Assembly: GCA_951406725.2 (NCBI GenBank)
Contig: OX597820.1
Location: 17,794,001-17,858,000 of the forward strand
Length of the DNA: 64,000 bases
Reading direction: 5' to 3'
Origin: Octopus vulgaris
Lineage: Eukaryota
In this document: positions 38,470 to 52,207 of the stretch, piece by piece
Numbering within the stretch: position 1 is the first letter of the stretch
Layout of the letters: each line of letters begins with the position of its first letter
The notes under the pieces: generated by a model
Told to the model about the DNA's origin: nothing
Seen by the model: only the letters and a program-made list of their open reading frames with translations
The model's database searches: none
Position numbers and translations under genes: made by a program

Positions 38470-38554
38470 GGACTACGATCGTTTCGTAGCTAAAACAATG
38501 TTCGTTACATAACATGTAACATACATAGAGTGAGCTTATCTAATCTTCAGGTCC
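38470..38554 (-). ncRNA. Type I hammerhead-ribozyme-like motif
   Basis: Minus strand GGAC CTGAAGA TTAG..(GTTACAT/ATGTAAC hairpin)..CTAC GAAAC GATC GT A GTCC: canonical core, stem I GGAC/GTCC, GUA cleavage triplet. Confidence 0.7.
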
Positions 38555-39006
38555 TATCATCTATAAGTTGTTTACATTGTTGCGCGGGGGTGAGCAAATG
38601 AATTATCAGACTAGCCACAGCACGAGTGGCTAGTTGAAAAAATAAAAGAAAAGCAAAACAAAACCAAAGCCAAATGACCTCTGAAGGTAATAATTAATAG
38701 CTATGCCACCCTAATAGAGATGGGTGTGTTTATAGATGTCATTAAGTCAAGGGAGAAGAAAGCTAAGTAGAGATAAACGGGTGGTGAGCGGGACAATAAA
38801 ATTTCTTTACACTAATGCGTCAAATACATAGAAAGGAACAAAGAATTGATAGTGTAAAAAGTTCGAGATAGCTAACAAGTATTCTCTGGCTGGCAGTGTT
38901 TTTCTCATGATGTGGGCAGTACTCAGGCGAACAATTTTTTATAGTTCTAACTTTTGGTGTTTCCTGGTATTTTGCTATAGTCTAAGAATGTCATTTGGTA
39001 TCATCA

Positions 39007-39042
<36 letters not shown>

Positions 39043-39057
39043 TGTTATAATTTACTC

Positions 39058-39440
39058 TTTTTTAATTGTTTCAGTCATTTGACTGCGGCCATGCTGGATC
39101 ACCGCCTTTACTCGAGCAAATCGAACCCAAGACGTATTCATTGTAAGCCTAGTACTTATTCTATCGGTCTTGTTTGCCGAACCGCTAGGTTACGGGAACG
39201 TAAGCACACTAGCATCGGTTGTCAAGCGATGTTGGGGCAGAAACACAGACACACACACACACACACACACACACAGATATATATATATATACGACCTCTT
39301 CCAGTTTCCGTCTACCAAATCCACTCACAAGGCTTTGGTCGGCATGAGACTATAGTAGAAGGTTCCCAAGGTTCCATACAGTGGGACTGAACCCGGAACC
39401 ATGTGGTTGGTAAGCAAGCTACTTACCACACAGCTACTTC
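39058..39440 (-). mobile_element. SINE family A
   Basis: Family A in reverse complement. Confidence 0.85.
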
Positions 39441-39924
39441 TATAGATATAGGTATATAGACGTACATATATAAAAGCACATTGGCGTACATATGCATACC
39501 CATAAAGGTGTACATAGATCTTTATAGATATGTGAACGCATGAACAAGCAAGCATATAAGAAAGAAGGGGCGTAACAAAATATGTTTTCGAACAAATGCA
39601 TGTTCATATGAAGACACACCTAAATATAAACATATATTTGTATTCCATTCATATGAATCTACTTGTACAAGAATACAATTTCATCTCATCATACTCGCTT
39701 GGCGACATGCACACACGCCCACACAGACATATAAATATATAAAAATGTGTACACGCTTTTCCAAATAAAATTGCAGTAAATGTTAGAAGTTCCGATGAAG
39801 CTATAGGGTGATGCACGAGCATTTAACTATGTGGTATAGAATCTTATATCCGAAACAGCTGTAAAGTAATGTAATTCATGATGTAATTTCTTATTTCCTT
39901 GTCATTTTAATTTCTTATATACTC

Positions 39925-40056
<132 letters not shown>

Positions 40057-40267
40057 GAAAGTATGTATGTGTATATTTATGTAGGCGGGTAAGTTGGCAA
40101 GGCGTGGGGGAGATAGCTAGAACGGTTGGGAGGTAGGTATGAGTATATGTGTGCATATATATGTACATGGGGCGTATGTATATATGAATATGTGTGTGTA
40201 TATATAGAATAATATATATACACACATATATATATATATACATATTTATATATCTCATAATCTACTT

Positions 40268-40307
<40 letters not shown>

Positions 40308-40877
40308 TTTATTTATATTTATATACATACATATATACATACATACATACCAGTACTCACTCATTGGCTCACAAACATACACATGCACACGCAGGCACAT
40401 ATACGACTACCCATAGACACACACGCATGTCTACACTTAGTGCTAATCTTTCTGCTAAATTAGTGTAATAACGGTGGAGTAATACATTTCTCTCTTTTGT
40501 GGTTCACTGAACATCATCTGTATTCTGAACAGACGATGTTCTTAGATTACAGCATGAAGTAAGGGCAGAAACTGGCGTACATTAGTGAGACATCTAGGAA
40601 CAAAGCGGAGAGAATAAATAAAACACTGGGGGGTGGAGATATGATGACAAGAAAAAGTCCTCCATACTCTATCAACATGTCAAAGACCAACATGGAGGCT
40701 TTCTGAGCCGAACAGACATCCGCATTTTATCCAAGCACCCGAAGGACCCATCACTTCGACAAATACAAGAGTCCGGCCTCATAAATGAAACGTTCCCCGT
40801 ACTAAATAGGATATACATGTAGGAGGTAGAGATACCCCAATATCCACAGAGTATACATACATGAGTACATTTTTTAA

Positions 40878-41528
40878 ATAGTTGATGCCACAACAAACAT
40901 CAGCGTCAAGATCGATAATGAAGATATCGAAGTGATTGATGGTTTCATCTTCCTTGGCTCCAAAATAAATCGAGATAGTAACTGCACTCCAGAAATAAGG
41001 CGGCGGATAGTACTGGGTAGAGAGGCAATGGTCAGCATGAGCAAGGTCTGGAAGAGTAGAGACATCAGCCTCGCTACCAAATGTTGATTGGTGAATGCGA
41101 TCGTCTTCTCAATAGCAACATATGGATGCGAGACCTGGACACTAAAGAAAGCTGACCAGAAGAGAATTAATACATTCAAGCTTTGGTGTTGGAGAACATT
41201 TCTACGGATTCTATGGACAGCGGGGCTCAACAATGGAGGAGTTCTTAACCAGATCAAGCAGAAACTGTTGCTAGAAGCTAGGATCACCAAGCATAGATTG
41301 GCATATTTTGGTCATATTATGCGGAGAAAATCCCTGGAGAAGAACCTCATGCTCGGAATGGTCAGTGGCAAGAGAGGAAGAGGCCGACCAAGAACCCGCT
41401 GGCTTGACACCATCAAGAGTGACACGGGAATGGACATAGCCAATCTGAAAGAAGCGACCCAGGATAGAACTGGCTGGAGGACACTGATCCATCGAATAAG
41501 CGAGAGTCGACTTCGACTGAGCGGTTAG
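40878..41528 (+). pseudogene. RTE-clade (BovB-like) LINE 3' fragment
   Basis: IEVIDGFIFLGSKI...EIRRRI, YGCETWTLKKAD, WCWRTFLRI, YFGHIMRR, GKRGRGRPRTRWLD; one in-frame stop at ~41085; followed by a short (GATA) run. Confidence 0.9.
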
Positions 41529-41991
41529 ATAGATAGTAAGTAAGTGGACCGATAGATACATTGGTAGGTAGATACATACATAGGTAGTACAGACAGACAA
41601 ACAAACACACACAAACACCAAAGGAGAAAGAAACTCATGATCATATACACACCTACACTCTACACACACGTATACGCATATGGAGACACAAATGCATACA
41701 TAACAAACGCGCGCACATAGTCACACAAACACATACACATAGACACACTCAAATATGCAGATCAAGGAAGCAGATGTACTCACACACACATACACACAAA
41801 AACACACGGACACATGAATATGCAGCATACATACATACATACGCATACAGACACACACACACGCATACATACATACATACACACATACATACATACATAC
41901 ATACATACATACATACATACATACATGAATATATGCATACATACATGCATGCACATATATATATACATACAGGCAAACATGCACGCTGATC

Positions 41992-42077
<86 letters not shown>

Positions 42078-42134
42078 GAAGAAGTGACAGAGATAGATAG
42101 AGAGAAACAAACGTTTTTTTTTTGGTGGGGGGGT

Positions 42135-42590
42135 CTGTAGTTTCAGCTCAGAGCTGTGGCCATGCTCACGCACCGCCGTTTTGCTACAATGATATTTGCT
42201 ACACTGAGAACCTCCTCTAATATGTGGCACTTGGTGAAGAATGGCGTTTGATATAGCTACCCTCATTTGCACCTCTTGCCGTGAGGTAGGTTCATCTGGG
42301 ACTCTCGACAGGAAGATGTCCAGCTTTGATTTAAAAACCCCTACATCTACTTTGTACAAGTTCCTCAGGCTCTTTGGGAGAATATTAAAAAGCTGTGGAC
42401 CCCTGAAACCCAAGCTGTTGCAGTAACTGGTCCTGAAGCGCGATGGCTTTGCTGGGATCTTTGACACTGTGCAGTGTCGACCCGTTCTGATTTGGTGTAG
42501 CTTTCAATGCCAAAATTTGGCATAATTCCTTGCAGGATCTTCCAGATGTATATTACTGCATACCTCTCTCGCCTTCGCTCCAAGGAGAAA
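42135..42590 (-). mobile_element. CR1-clade LINE 3' end (ORF2 C-terminus and 3' UTR)
   Basis: SLERRRERYAVIYIWKIL...FRGPQLFNILPKSLRN...FKSKLDIFLSRVPDEP; related pieces at 43045-43215 (+) and 46880-47030 (-). Confidence 0.85.
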
Positions 42591-42648
42591 GAGGTTAAAA
42601 GAGCCGAGACCCCTAATCCCTGAAGAGAATACGCGAAAGATAAGCAAT

Positions 42649-42697
<49 letters not shown>

Positions 42698-42775
42698 ACA
42701 GAAAACGAAAGACGAAGACAGATGTAGGAAAAGCAAACAGGTGTTTAGTTTGACGCTTGGGAAGAATGGAAAAGT

Positions 42776-42811
42776 CTTTGATGTTTCGAGCCAATGCTCT
42801 TCGACAGAAAA
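42776..42811 (-). ncRNA. Hammerhead-like motif with variant core, within a Penelope-type repeat (~42690-42890)
   Basis: TTTT CTGTCGA A GAGC ATTG GCTC GAAAC AT C AAAG; same family as 59680-59840 and 28700-28810. Confidence 0.45.
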
Positions 42812-42897
42812 GGATAAGGGGAAAGAATGGAAAGGGAACGAAAAAACGGAGAGATAAAAAATGTGTAGGGCTTCACGGTTTAACATGATAAAATGTG

Positions 42898-42957
<60 letters not shown>

Positions 42958-43239
42958 GGAAAGGTCTACCACCGAACATTGGGATTCAAAGCTATAATAA
43001 TTAGTGACCTGGACGTCACTGCATAATATCAAAGAGCCTGGCCTCTACATTAAGAGTAAGGGTCTAATTCTTTTACTGTTCGAGGGTTCAAAGATCCACA
43101 ATTTTTCATTGCCATACCAAAGATTCTGAGAAAACTTCGAGGCGTAGATGTGAATCCGTTCAAAAATATTTTAATGAATGTGTGTCTGAGATGCCAGATA
43201 AACGCGGCATCAATAGCAACATATGGAGGCCCATATGTA

Positions 43240-43575
43240 GGCGCGGGCATGGCTGTGTGGTTAGGGAGCTTGCTTCCTAGCTACATGGTTTCGGGTTCAG
43301 TCCCACTGCGTGGCACTTTGGGTAGGTGTCTTTCACTATAGCCCCGAGCTGACCGGAGCTTTGTGATTGAATTCGGTAGGTGGAAACTACTGCCGTGTGT
43401 GTATATGTGCGTGTAGGTGCTTGTGCCTCTCCCAAAGAGAGAGAGGGAAAAACTACCTCGCTTGGTAACAGGTGAGGGTTGGCGTCAGGAAGGGCATCCG
43501 GCCGTAGAAAACTTGCCACATAAGGAAATGGCGGTGCCCCAGCATGGCCACAGCTCATAAGCTGAAACTAGAATC
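43240..43575 (+). mobile_element. SINE A-related chimeric element
   Basis: Family A head, a different middle (GGTTGGCGTCAGGAAGGGCATCCGGCCGTAGAAA), and a CR1-type tail GGCGGTGCCCCAGCATGGCCACAGCTCATAAGCTGAAAC. Confidence 0.7.
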
Positions 43576-43991
43576 AATCAATCATTAAACGCACAGGAAA
43601 CGCGAGGTCCAGGTGTGTCTCTCGTATTTCTCCGCCCAGCACGATTCTGGAGACAGGCCCAGCAAAATAATTTCAAATAAACTAGTATTAAAGCTTGTAG
43701 TGGCGCCCCAGCATTGCCACATCCTCTAGCTGAAACCAATAAAAGAATAGAGTTTGTTTTGAGTTTTTTTCTCTCATTGTTTGATGTTTTCTTTCTATAA
43801 ATGCAAAATGTTACCTGCTTAGATTGTAAACAAATGCTATAAAATAAAACAGGTTTCATTTTGTATATGATGTTGTCGGGCCGTGTGAAAATACGTCAAC
43901 GGTTGTGCATATATGGGTGACAATAAATCTGCATACACGCAGATGGGCCAAAAGTCACAAACTAAACCATTTGATATTTTTTATGTTACGC

Positions 43992-43992
<1 letters not shown>

Positions 43993-44067
<75 letters not shown>

Positions 44068-44129
44068 TATTATCATCATCATCATCATCATCATCATTAT
44101 CATCATCATCATTTATTATTATCATCATC

Positions 44130-44187
<58 letters not shown>

Positions 44188-44249
44188 TATTATCATCATC
44201 ATCATCATCATCATCATTATCATCATCATCATTTATTATTATCATCATC

Positions 44250-44307
<58 letters not shown>

Positions 44308-44388
44308 TATTATCATCATCATCATCATCATCATCATTATCATCATCATCATTTATTATTATCATCATCATTTATTATTATCATCATC

Positions 44389-44437
<49 letters not shown>
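43993..44437. repeat. Compound (TAT)n/(CAT)n with a 120-bp higher-order triplication
   Basis: The lines starting 44041, 44161 and 44281 are identical, as are 44101 and 44221. Confidence 0.9.
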
Positions 44438-44439
<2 letters not shown>

Positions 44440-44647
44440 GGCAAAATCGTTAGCATACCGGACGAAACGCTTAGCGGCATTTTGTCCGACCTTGACGTTC
44501 TTGGCTCAAATTCCGCCGAGGTCGACTTTGCCTTTCATTCTTTCGGGTTCGATAAATTAAGTATCAGTTGCATAAATTGATTGGCCTCCTCCCCACCCCC
44601 ACCAAATTTCATGCCTTGTGCCTATAATAGAAAGAATTATTATTATA

Positions 44648-44716
<69 letters not shown>

Positions 44717-44930
44717 GGCAGCGAGAGAGCAGAATTGTTAGCGCTCTGGATGAAATGCTTAGCGGCATTTCGCTCGTCAATACGTTCTGAGCTCATATTC
44801 TGCCGAGGTCAACTTTGCCTTTCATCCTTTCGAGATCGATAAATTAAGTACCAGTGAAGCACTGGAGTCGCTGTAATCGACTCCTCCCCTCCCCCAAAAT
44901 TGCTGCCCTAATGGTAAAATTTGAAACCAT
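44438..44930 (+). mobile_element. Two diverged SINE family B tail-2 copies (44438-44638, 44717-44930) in (TTA)n
   Basis: Family B core in each copy. Confidence 0.8.
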
Positions 44931-44997
44931 TACTATTATTATTATTATTATTATTACTATTATTATTAAGGCGGTGAGCTGGCGAAATCGTTAGCGA

Positions 44998-46870
44998 TAT
45001 TGAAATCCCCGAGCAGGTCTATCCACGACAACCTCCACTTTATGCGATACATTATAGAGACGGCTGGGACCAAAGGTGGCTCCGGAGGTGCTCTGATCAA
45101 TTTGGATCAATCAAAAGCATTCGACACGGTGGACCATCGCCACTTGGAAGCCGTCCTGAAAGCAGGCGGTTTCAGATCCGTTTTCAAAGGCCGGATCGCT
45201 GCAATGCACAGCAGCACCTGTTCAGTGGTCAAAGCAAACGACTACCAATCAGAGCCGTTTGGCATCGCACTCTCGGTCCGTCAGAGCTGCCCACTGTCGC
45301 TTCTTCTGTACGTAATGGCACTCAAGCCACTGCTGTGGAAGTTGGAACAGCTAAGGGGCATCCCTTTCGAACGGAACAAGGAAGGGCAGTGTCGGTATAC
45401 GCAGTTGACGTCACCGTCATAGTGCTGAACGCCTCCAAAATGGAGACGGTCGGCACCATCCGAAAGCAATATGGGTCAGTTGCAGGGGCTAAAATCAACG
45501 CCAACAAATCGGTGGGTTTGCGGCTCAGATCCTGGAGAGGCAGGACAATGTCATTGGATGGAGTCATCGTACGCTGGACCGCCGTACCAGTTAAACTGCT
45601 CGGGGCCTGGCCTGGTCCCGACTCCAGGTTGATAAGAACTGGGACGAGGTGGCGAACGTGGTGGCCAGTCTTATGGGCTGAGAGAACACTGTTCCTGAAA
45701 GGTCAGGCACAGGTGGCAAATGCTTATATCGCCTCCATTGTCATTTATCGCCTGACCGTCGTGCCTTGCCCTGGTTACAGCTTGATCAGGCTGGAGCGTC
45801 TCTTATTTAAATTCTTGTGGAAGGGACGGGTTCCAATGGTCAGGCGTTCAGTCTGTTGCCAGCATCCGCTGAGTGGCGTATTACGTATGTCGTGGCTCCT
45901 AAGGTGCAGACATGCTCTTAGGTTACGCAACGATTTCTGGACGGTGAACGTGTGGGGCTCCGTTTGTGAGGATTCTCTTTCCGTAGCTCGTCTCTTCGAC
46001 GGAGCTGCAGTCCTGAATGAAGAAAAGACCGAGACTAAGCGCCTGGCACCTAGAATACCGTCAGGCGTTCACAGCCCCCTACCAGTCGGGCAATGGAAGA
46101 AACGTTAGCACGCCGAGCGAAATGCTTAGCGGTATTTCGTCTGCGTTACGTTGTGAGTTCAAATTCCGCCGAGGTCGACTTTGCCTTTCATCCTTTCGGG
46201 GTCGATAAATTAAGTACCAGTTACGCACTGGGGTCGATGTAGTCGACTTAATACCTATGTCTGTCCTTGTTTGTCCCCTCTATGTTTAGCCCCTTGTGGG
46301 TAGTAAAGAAATAGGTATTTCGTCTGCGTTACGTTCTGAGTTCAAATTCCGCCGAGGTCGACTTTGCCTTTCATCCTTTCGAGGTCGATAAATTAAGTAC
46401 CAGTTACGCACTGGGGTCGATGTCATCGACTTAATACCTATGTCTGTCCTTGTTTGTCCCCTCTGTGTTTAGCCCCTTGTGGGTAGTAAAGAAATAGGAA
46501 TTGGTGGATGTTTTGTTTTAGAAATTTATAGCGGATTAGTGGCGGGAAAGTGCGACAACGTTCTCGGGGAGAATCTGAGCCTCGACGAGAATGAACTGAC
46601 TAGTCTGTTCAGGAGGACTTACCGGTCGAGAACTATCATGGATAATTTCCAGATGCCCTTGGCCTAACAGAGCCACAGGGGGACGCTACCGGCTCGAGAT
46701 AAACTCTACAGGCACGGATGTACTGACAGACGGGCTTGTCCGAGGTGCGCGCAGCATGACGAAGTCGTTCTGCACGCCCTCGTTCAGTGTCTGGGCAGTG
46801 CTGACTTGTGGGGTTATGTCGAACAGCCGTTTTTACGTGAAGGACGGATCTGTCTGTCGGCTGACTTTGT
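44998..46870 (+). pseudogene. Tx1/L1-clade LINE ORF2 fragment (RT and C-terminal region), interrupted by SINE B
   Basis: RSIHDNL, LDQSKAFDTVDH, SVRQSCPLSLLLY, VYAVDVT (degenerate YADD), GAKINANKS, FKFLWKG; resumes after 46497 with a Cys-rich zinc-binding remnant. Confidence 0.88.
46098..46497 (+). mobile_element. SINE family B two-unit array inserted in the Tx1 fragment
   Basis: Starts GAAACGTTAGCACGCC, restarts at GGTATTTCGTCTG (~46314); both units have tail 1. Confidence 0.9.
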
Positions 46871-47091
46871 AATGATGAGAGCCTCCTCCAATATGTGGCA
46901 CTTGGTGAAGAATGGAGTTTGATGTAGCTACCCTCATTTGCACCTCTTGTCGTGAGGTAGATTCATCTGGGACTCTTGACAGGAAGAGGTCCAGCATTGA
47001 TTTAAAACCGCCTATATCTACTTTGTGCAGAGAAGCAAGGGCTCTTTTGTTTTGCTATACATGCTAAAATTATCACCAACTTTATTCCATT

Positions 47092-47350
47092 TTAGATGGA
47101 GAGTGTTCTCCGTAGTACATGAGCTGTACCCATCAAGGTTATCTTTTGTAGTTTACGGAGATTGAAGTTATCAGGGAGTTGCTTAATATACTTCTCAGCT
47201 CCCTTATTTATCATTCCCAACGCACCAATTACTACTGGTATTATCGTAGTACTAAGCTTCCACGTTTTTGTGATTTCAATTTGCAGATCTTTATAGTGAA
47301 AAACCTTTTTGTATTCCTTTTTTGAGATATTTTGTTCTTTGTGGGACAGA
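47092..47350 (-). pseudogene. R4-like RLE C-terminal fragment
   Basis: KEYKKVFHYKDLQIEITKTWKLSTTIIPVVIGALG...LQKITLMGTAHVLRRTLSI*. Confidence 0.8.
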
Positions 47351-47355
47351 CATAG

Positions 47356-47733
47356 GCGTAGGAGTAGCTGTGTGGTAAGTAGCTTGCTTACGAACCACAT
47401 GGTTCCGGGTTCAGTCCCACTGCGTGGCACCTTGAGCAAGTGTCTTCTACTATAGCCTCGGGCCGACCAAAGCCTTGTGAGTGGATTTGGTAGACGGAAA
47501 CTAAAAGAAGCCCGTCCTATATATGTATATATATGTATGTGTGTGTATATGTTTGTGTGCCTGTGTCTGTCCCCCCAACATCGCTTGACAACCGATGCTG
47601 GTGTGTTTACGTCCCCGTAACTTAGCAGTTCGGCAAAAGAAAAAGATAGAATAAGTCCTGGGGTCGATTTGCTCGACTAAAGGCGATGCTCCAGCATGGT
47701 CTCAGTAAAATGACTGAAACAAATAAAAAGAGT
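47356..47733 (+). mobile_element. SINE family A
   Basis: Family A head, body and tail. Confidence 0.88.
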
Positions 47734-47783
47734 ATATCTATTAACAGAAAAAAACCATCATCCTAAATGTTTGATGTAGATTA

Positions 47784-48185
47784 CAGTGATACCTCGCAGT
47801 ACGTGTTTAATTCGTCCCATGACCGAGGTCGTCTCACGATTTCCTCATTTTACAAATCAATTTTCTCCACTGAAATTAACTACAATATAATTAATCCGTT
47901 CCGGCCACCAAAACCTACCCAAAAATAATTTTTTATGAGTTTTAAAACAGGAAAGGTGTAGTTGCAAGTGAAATGAGAATTATATAAAAAAAAGAGAAGG
48001 CAAAAGAAATATGGAGTGGCTGTGTGGTTAGTAATTTGCTTAACAACCACATAGTTCCGGGTTCATACCCACAGCATAGCAGCTTGGGCAAGTGTCTTCT
48101 ACTATAGCCTCAGGCCAACCAAAGCCTTGTGAGTGGATTTGGTAGATGGAAACTGAAAGAAGCCCGTCGTATATATCTATATATG

Positions 48186-48277
<92 letters not shown>

Positions 48278-48699
48278 CGTGTGTGTGTGTTTGTCCCCCA
48301 ACATCGCTTGACAACCGATGCCGGTGTGTTTGTCCCCGTAACTTAGCGGTTCGGCAAAAGAGGCCGATAGACTAAGTACTGGGCTTACAAAGAATAAGTC
48401 CCGGGCTCGATTTGCTCGACTAAAGGTGGTGCTCCTGCATGGCCGCAGTCAATAACTGAAATAAGTAAAAGAGAGTAAAAGAGAGTAAACTGATTTTATA
48501 AACTGAATTACCTTAAAGATGAAAAGATTTGTGTGCTCGTACAGGAGTGGCTGTGTGGTAAATAGCTTGCTTACCAACCACATGGTTCCGGGTTCAGTCC
48601 CACTGCGTGGCATCTTGGGCAAGTGTCTTCTGCTATAGCCCCGGGCCGACCAATGCCTTGTGAGTGGATTTGGTAGAGGGAAACTGAAAGAAGCCAGTC

Positions 48700-48743
<44 letters not shown>

Positions 48744-49068
48744 GTATGTGTGTGTGTGTCTGTGTTTGTCCCCCTAGCATTGCTTGACAACCGATGCTGA
48801 TGTGTTTACGTCCGACGTCACTTAGCGGTTCGGCAAAAGAGGCCGATAGAATAAGTACTGGGCTTACAAAGAATAAGTCGTGGGGTCGATTTGCTCGACT
48901 AAAGGCGGTGCTCCAGCATGGCCGCAGTCAAATGACTGAAACAAGTAAAAGAGTAAAAGAGTACTGCGGATTTTTGCTCGTACTTCAAGACAAAAATTCG
49001 CACGAGTCTCTATGCTCGTACAGCAAATTACTCGTACTATGGGGCACTCGTAGTGCGAGGTTCTACTG
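47784..49068. mobile_element. pogo/Tigger-like MITE containing two SINE A insertions (48013-48486, 48543-48963)
   Basis: TA|CAGTGATACCTCGCAGTACG ... CGTAGTGCGAGGTTCTACTG imperfect TIRs; two family A copies inside. Confidence 0.75.
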
Positions 49069-49638
49069 CATTCTCCTTTTTTTGTGTGTGTGTTTCTTGA
49101 ATAAAAGATTCCTGTGTTGGCTTGTTTACATCCCCGTAACTTAGCGGTTTGGCAAAAGGCGTATACAAAATAAATACCAGGCATTAAAAAAAACAAGTCC
49201 TGGGGTCAATTTGTTCGGCTAAACCAGTGGCTCGCAACGTTGGCAAGGGTAGGCCGGTCCTCATTGTTGCTCTGAATACCTGAGGAATCCACTCCACATT
49301 TTTTAGCGATAAGTTTTTTTTGTTTCATTTTTCTTTGCATTATTTTGTTTTTTTTACACTGAAAATGTTTTGGTATGTAAATTGTACTTAACTACGAAAT
49401 CACTTTTGCAACTTCATTAATATTTGAAATCATCTTTATTTTTTGGGAAGTATGTTAATATATTCTTCAATATTTTTCTCACTTTGTTTTTTGTTTTGCT
49501 CCGTCTATGTAAATGAGTGAATATTTTTGTATGTGTTTGGGACTTCTTTATGCAAAATCCAAGGCTTCTACCTATTTTGGTGGCATGTTCAGTAGTTTTG
49601 AATGCCTGCTTAACACAAGACACTGTTCAAAATGACTG

Positions 49639-49671
<33 letters not shown>

Positions 49672-49673
<2 letters not shown>

Positions 49674-50052
49674 GAGTTAAAACGCCCCCCGTCCAATGGA
49701 CGGTGCTGAGTTGTCAAACATTTAAACCAATTTTTTTTTTTTGGGTCTCTTAAATATACTGCATTTTGTGGCATTAATTCAAGGCAGCTGGGTTTTTTTG
49801 CGCAAACTGCACGTGCATTGTTCTCGCGTGCGCGTAGTATCGATCGCAGCAGCTGATGTATTTGCGCGTACAAATGCACGTTCCCTCGGCTTTATCGATT
49901 GCATTCTCACCTGGAATCGATTTTTGTAATTTTTTTTGAAGACTTATACACGCCCTGATACCATCGGTATCTACATATCAAACTTGAGCGCAATCGGATG
50001 GAGGATGCCCGAGATCCTAGATGACACACACACAGACAGACAGAACGGATTT

Positions 50053-50060
<8 letters not shown>
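49672..50060 (-). mobile_element. Probable non-autonomous Helitron
   Basis: Minus strand starts in (TA)n with AAAATAAAATCCGTTCTGTCTGTCTGTGTG; subterminal hairpin CCGTCCA/TGGACGG; end CTCG rather than CTAG. Confidence 0.55.
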
Positions 50061-50094
<34 letters not shown>

Positions 50095-52052
50095 AAACGA
50101 GAAAAATTGAAAGACACTGAGTACTCGCCTTTGTTTAGTTAAATGCAAATGAATTAAAGCAAAAACAAATCATCTTAAATTTGAAAAATATTCACACAGG
50201 ATAATTGATAACGGAACTGTGAATAATTAAACGTCTTTTCAAGACACGAAATAATAATTCTTTCAAATTTTGGCTCGAGACCAGCAATTTTAAAGGAAGG
50301 GGTTTAATCAGTTGCATCCACCCTTATGCTCACCTGTGGCTTATTTTATCGAATCTTAAAGGATGGAAGACAAAGTCGACCTCGGCAGCATTTGAATTCA
50401 GAACGTAAAGAACCGGAAGAAAGACCGCTAAGCATTTTGTCCGACGTGCTTACAACTCTCACAGTTCGCCGCCTTACTGTTGGTTTCAAATTTTAGCACA
50501 AGGCCAGCATTTTCGGGGGAAGCAGATGTATGCTGCTTTTCAACAGTACTTTACTCGAATGTTCGGGACATATAGCGGGTTAGAACACAGAATGGATTTC
50601 AGTACATAACTCGATTCTCGGCTAGGTGTCATAAAAAAAAATGCAGGGACATGAGAAGTGATGGTTTACTGCATGGGGGAGCAAATCACCGGGTTTGGAT
50701 ACTCTGCCTTATGAGCTTTACTTTGTTGAAGGCAGAAAAACTTGAAGTGATTAGAGATTTCGCATTTGTAGCATCAAGGTCTTCATCTCTTCACAGCCAC
50801 CTTTATTAAGTTAGGGATTTTATCTCATATCACGGGTTTTAACTGAATCAGAATTTCCAGCACCATTTCAACTCAATTTTCTTTTTAGAATCTTTTTATT
50901 TATTGCAGCGTAGTTTGAACTTATGATTGGTGAAGTAGGAAGTCCAGTATCTGACAAAATATCTTGACTTTTAAAAAAATTTGTTCAGAGGACTGTAAAG
51001 GCGCACGTCCTAGTGGTTAGGGTATAAATGGAAAACGAATATAAAATTGTGCTTTTGACTCCTGGACAGAGAGGCACGTTATGTCCTTGAGCAATGCACA
51101 CCGTTTCACGTTGCCCTGATCTTTTCAGCTGAAAACGTGCACCAACCAGTTGTTGGTGCAACCTTGTCTCTCTATCTGCTACCACCTCTGTGACGTTCCA
51201 CTTTGCAAAAAGAAGGAGGGCCGTGAGGATGTCTGTGTCTACTCTCGATAGTATAGGTATTTAAAACAATAGGCGCAGGCGTGGCTAACACTTTGTTATT
51301 GCTCGTAAATTAGTGCGGATTATGAGAGTTTCCGGACCATCGTTACCTACATGTAACTATCTTCAACATTCTTAAGTCTAAAACCAGTCAAGGTTGACTT
51401 TATTTTCATGTCGACGTTAGTGGCACCTTGTTGGAGCTAATCAACTATAACCGTCCCGTCTAGATGTCAAGCTTTGTAGCAACCTTATGAATCAATGATA
51501 TTAAATACGATTAACCTTCCTAGCAAATTAAATGCACTGCTTCGTATGCGCTCGCTTGAAGGCACAGGAAACAAATAGTAACAAAAAAAACCTCGGAGAT
51601 GAATCATATAAATGAGGTCAACAAACAAATCAAAGTGATATAAGATTTCAAAGCCAAAAGTATTAGTAACACATAGGAATTATTATAAGTTAAAAATAGC
51701 AAATTAGTGACTTAGATACATAACGAATATATTTCGATGATATATATTGTCAGCCTATAAATAATGTGGGTTTTTTTTTTATACTTCTATTATTTTTCAA
51801 AATTAAGATAACAAAGTTCTTTTTTAATCTAAAATATACCCTCCTTCATTTTCTACAATGCTCTTCCATCTATCTGGTAGACTTGCAAGGCCCTTCTTTC
51901 AAAATTCCCTTGTCCGTGACGAAAAATATTCCTCCCGTACTCTTCTGATCTCGTCTACAGAATTCATATTTTTTCCGTTCAAATGATTTTCAGACTGCAG
52001 AATAAATGATAATTAGATGGGGCAATGTCCGGCGAATATGGTGGGTGGGATA

Positions 52053-52207
52053 TTGTTTCCCATTCAAACTGCTCCAGCTTTTGGAATGTGTGAATATTCA
52101 GGCAACGAGTTTACATGCGGATCTCGTTGTGTGTATATTTAAAATCTAAAGGCTACCTACTGATGAAGACTAGCCTCAGTAAATATTTTTTTACTGAAAT
52201 TAGACAG
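52053..52207. mobile_element. 155-bp TA-flanked MITE-like repeat, copy 1
   Basis: Near-identical to 55539-55693. Confidence 0.7.

Noticed and set aside
52160-52200. CTGATGA...GAAA in the 155-bp MITE as a hammerhead
   Set aside because: Stem II does not start at the core, and stems I and III cannot be formed
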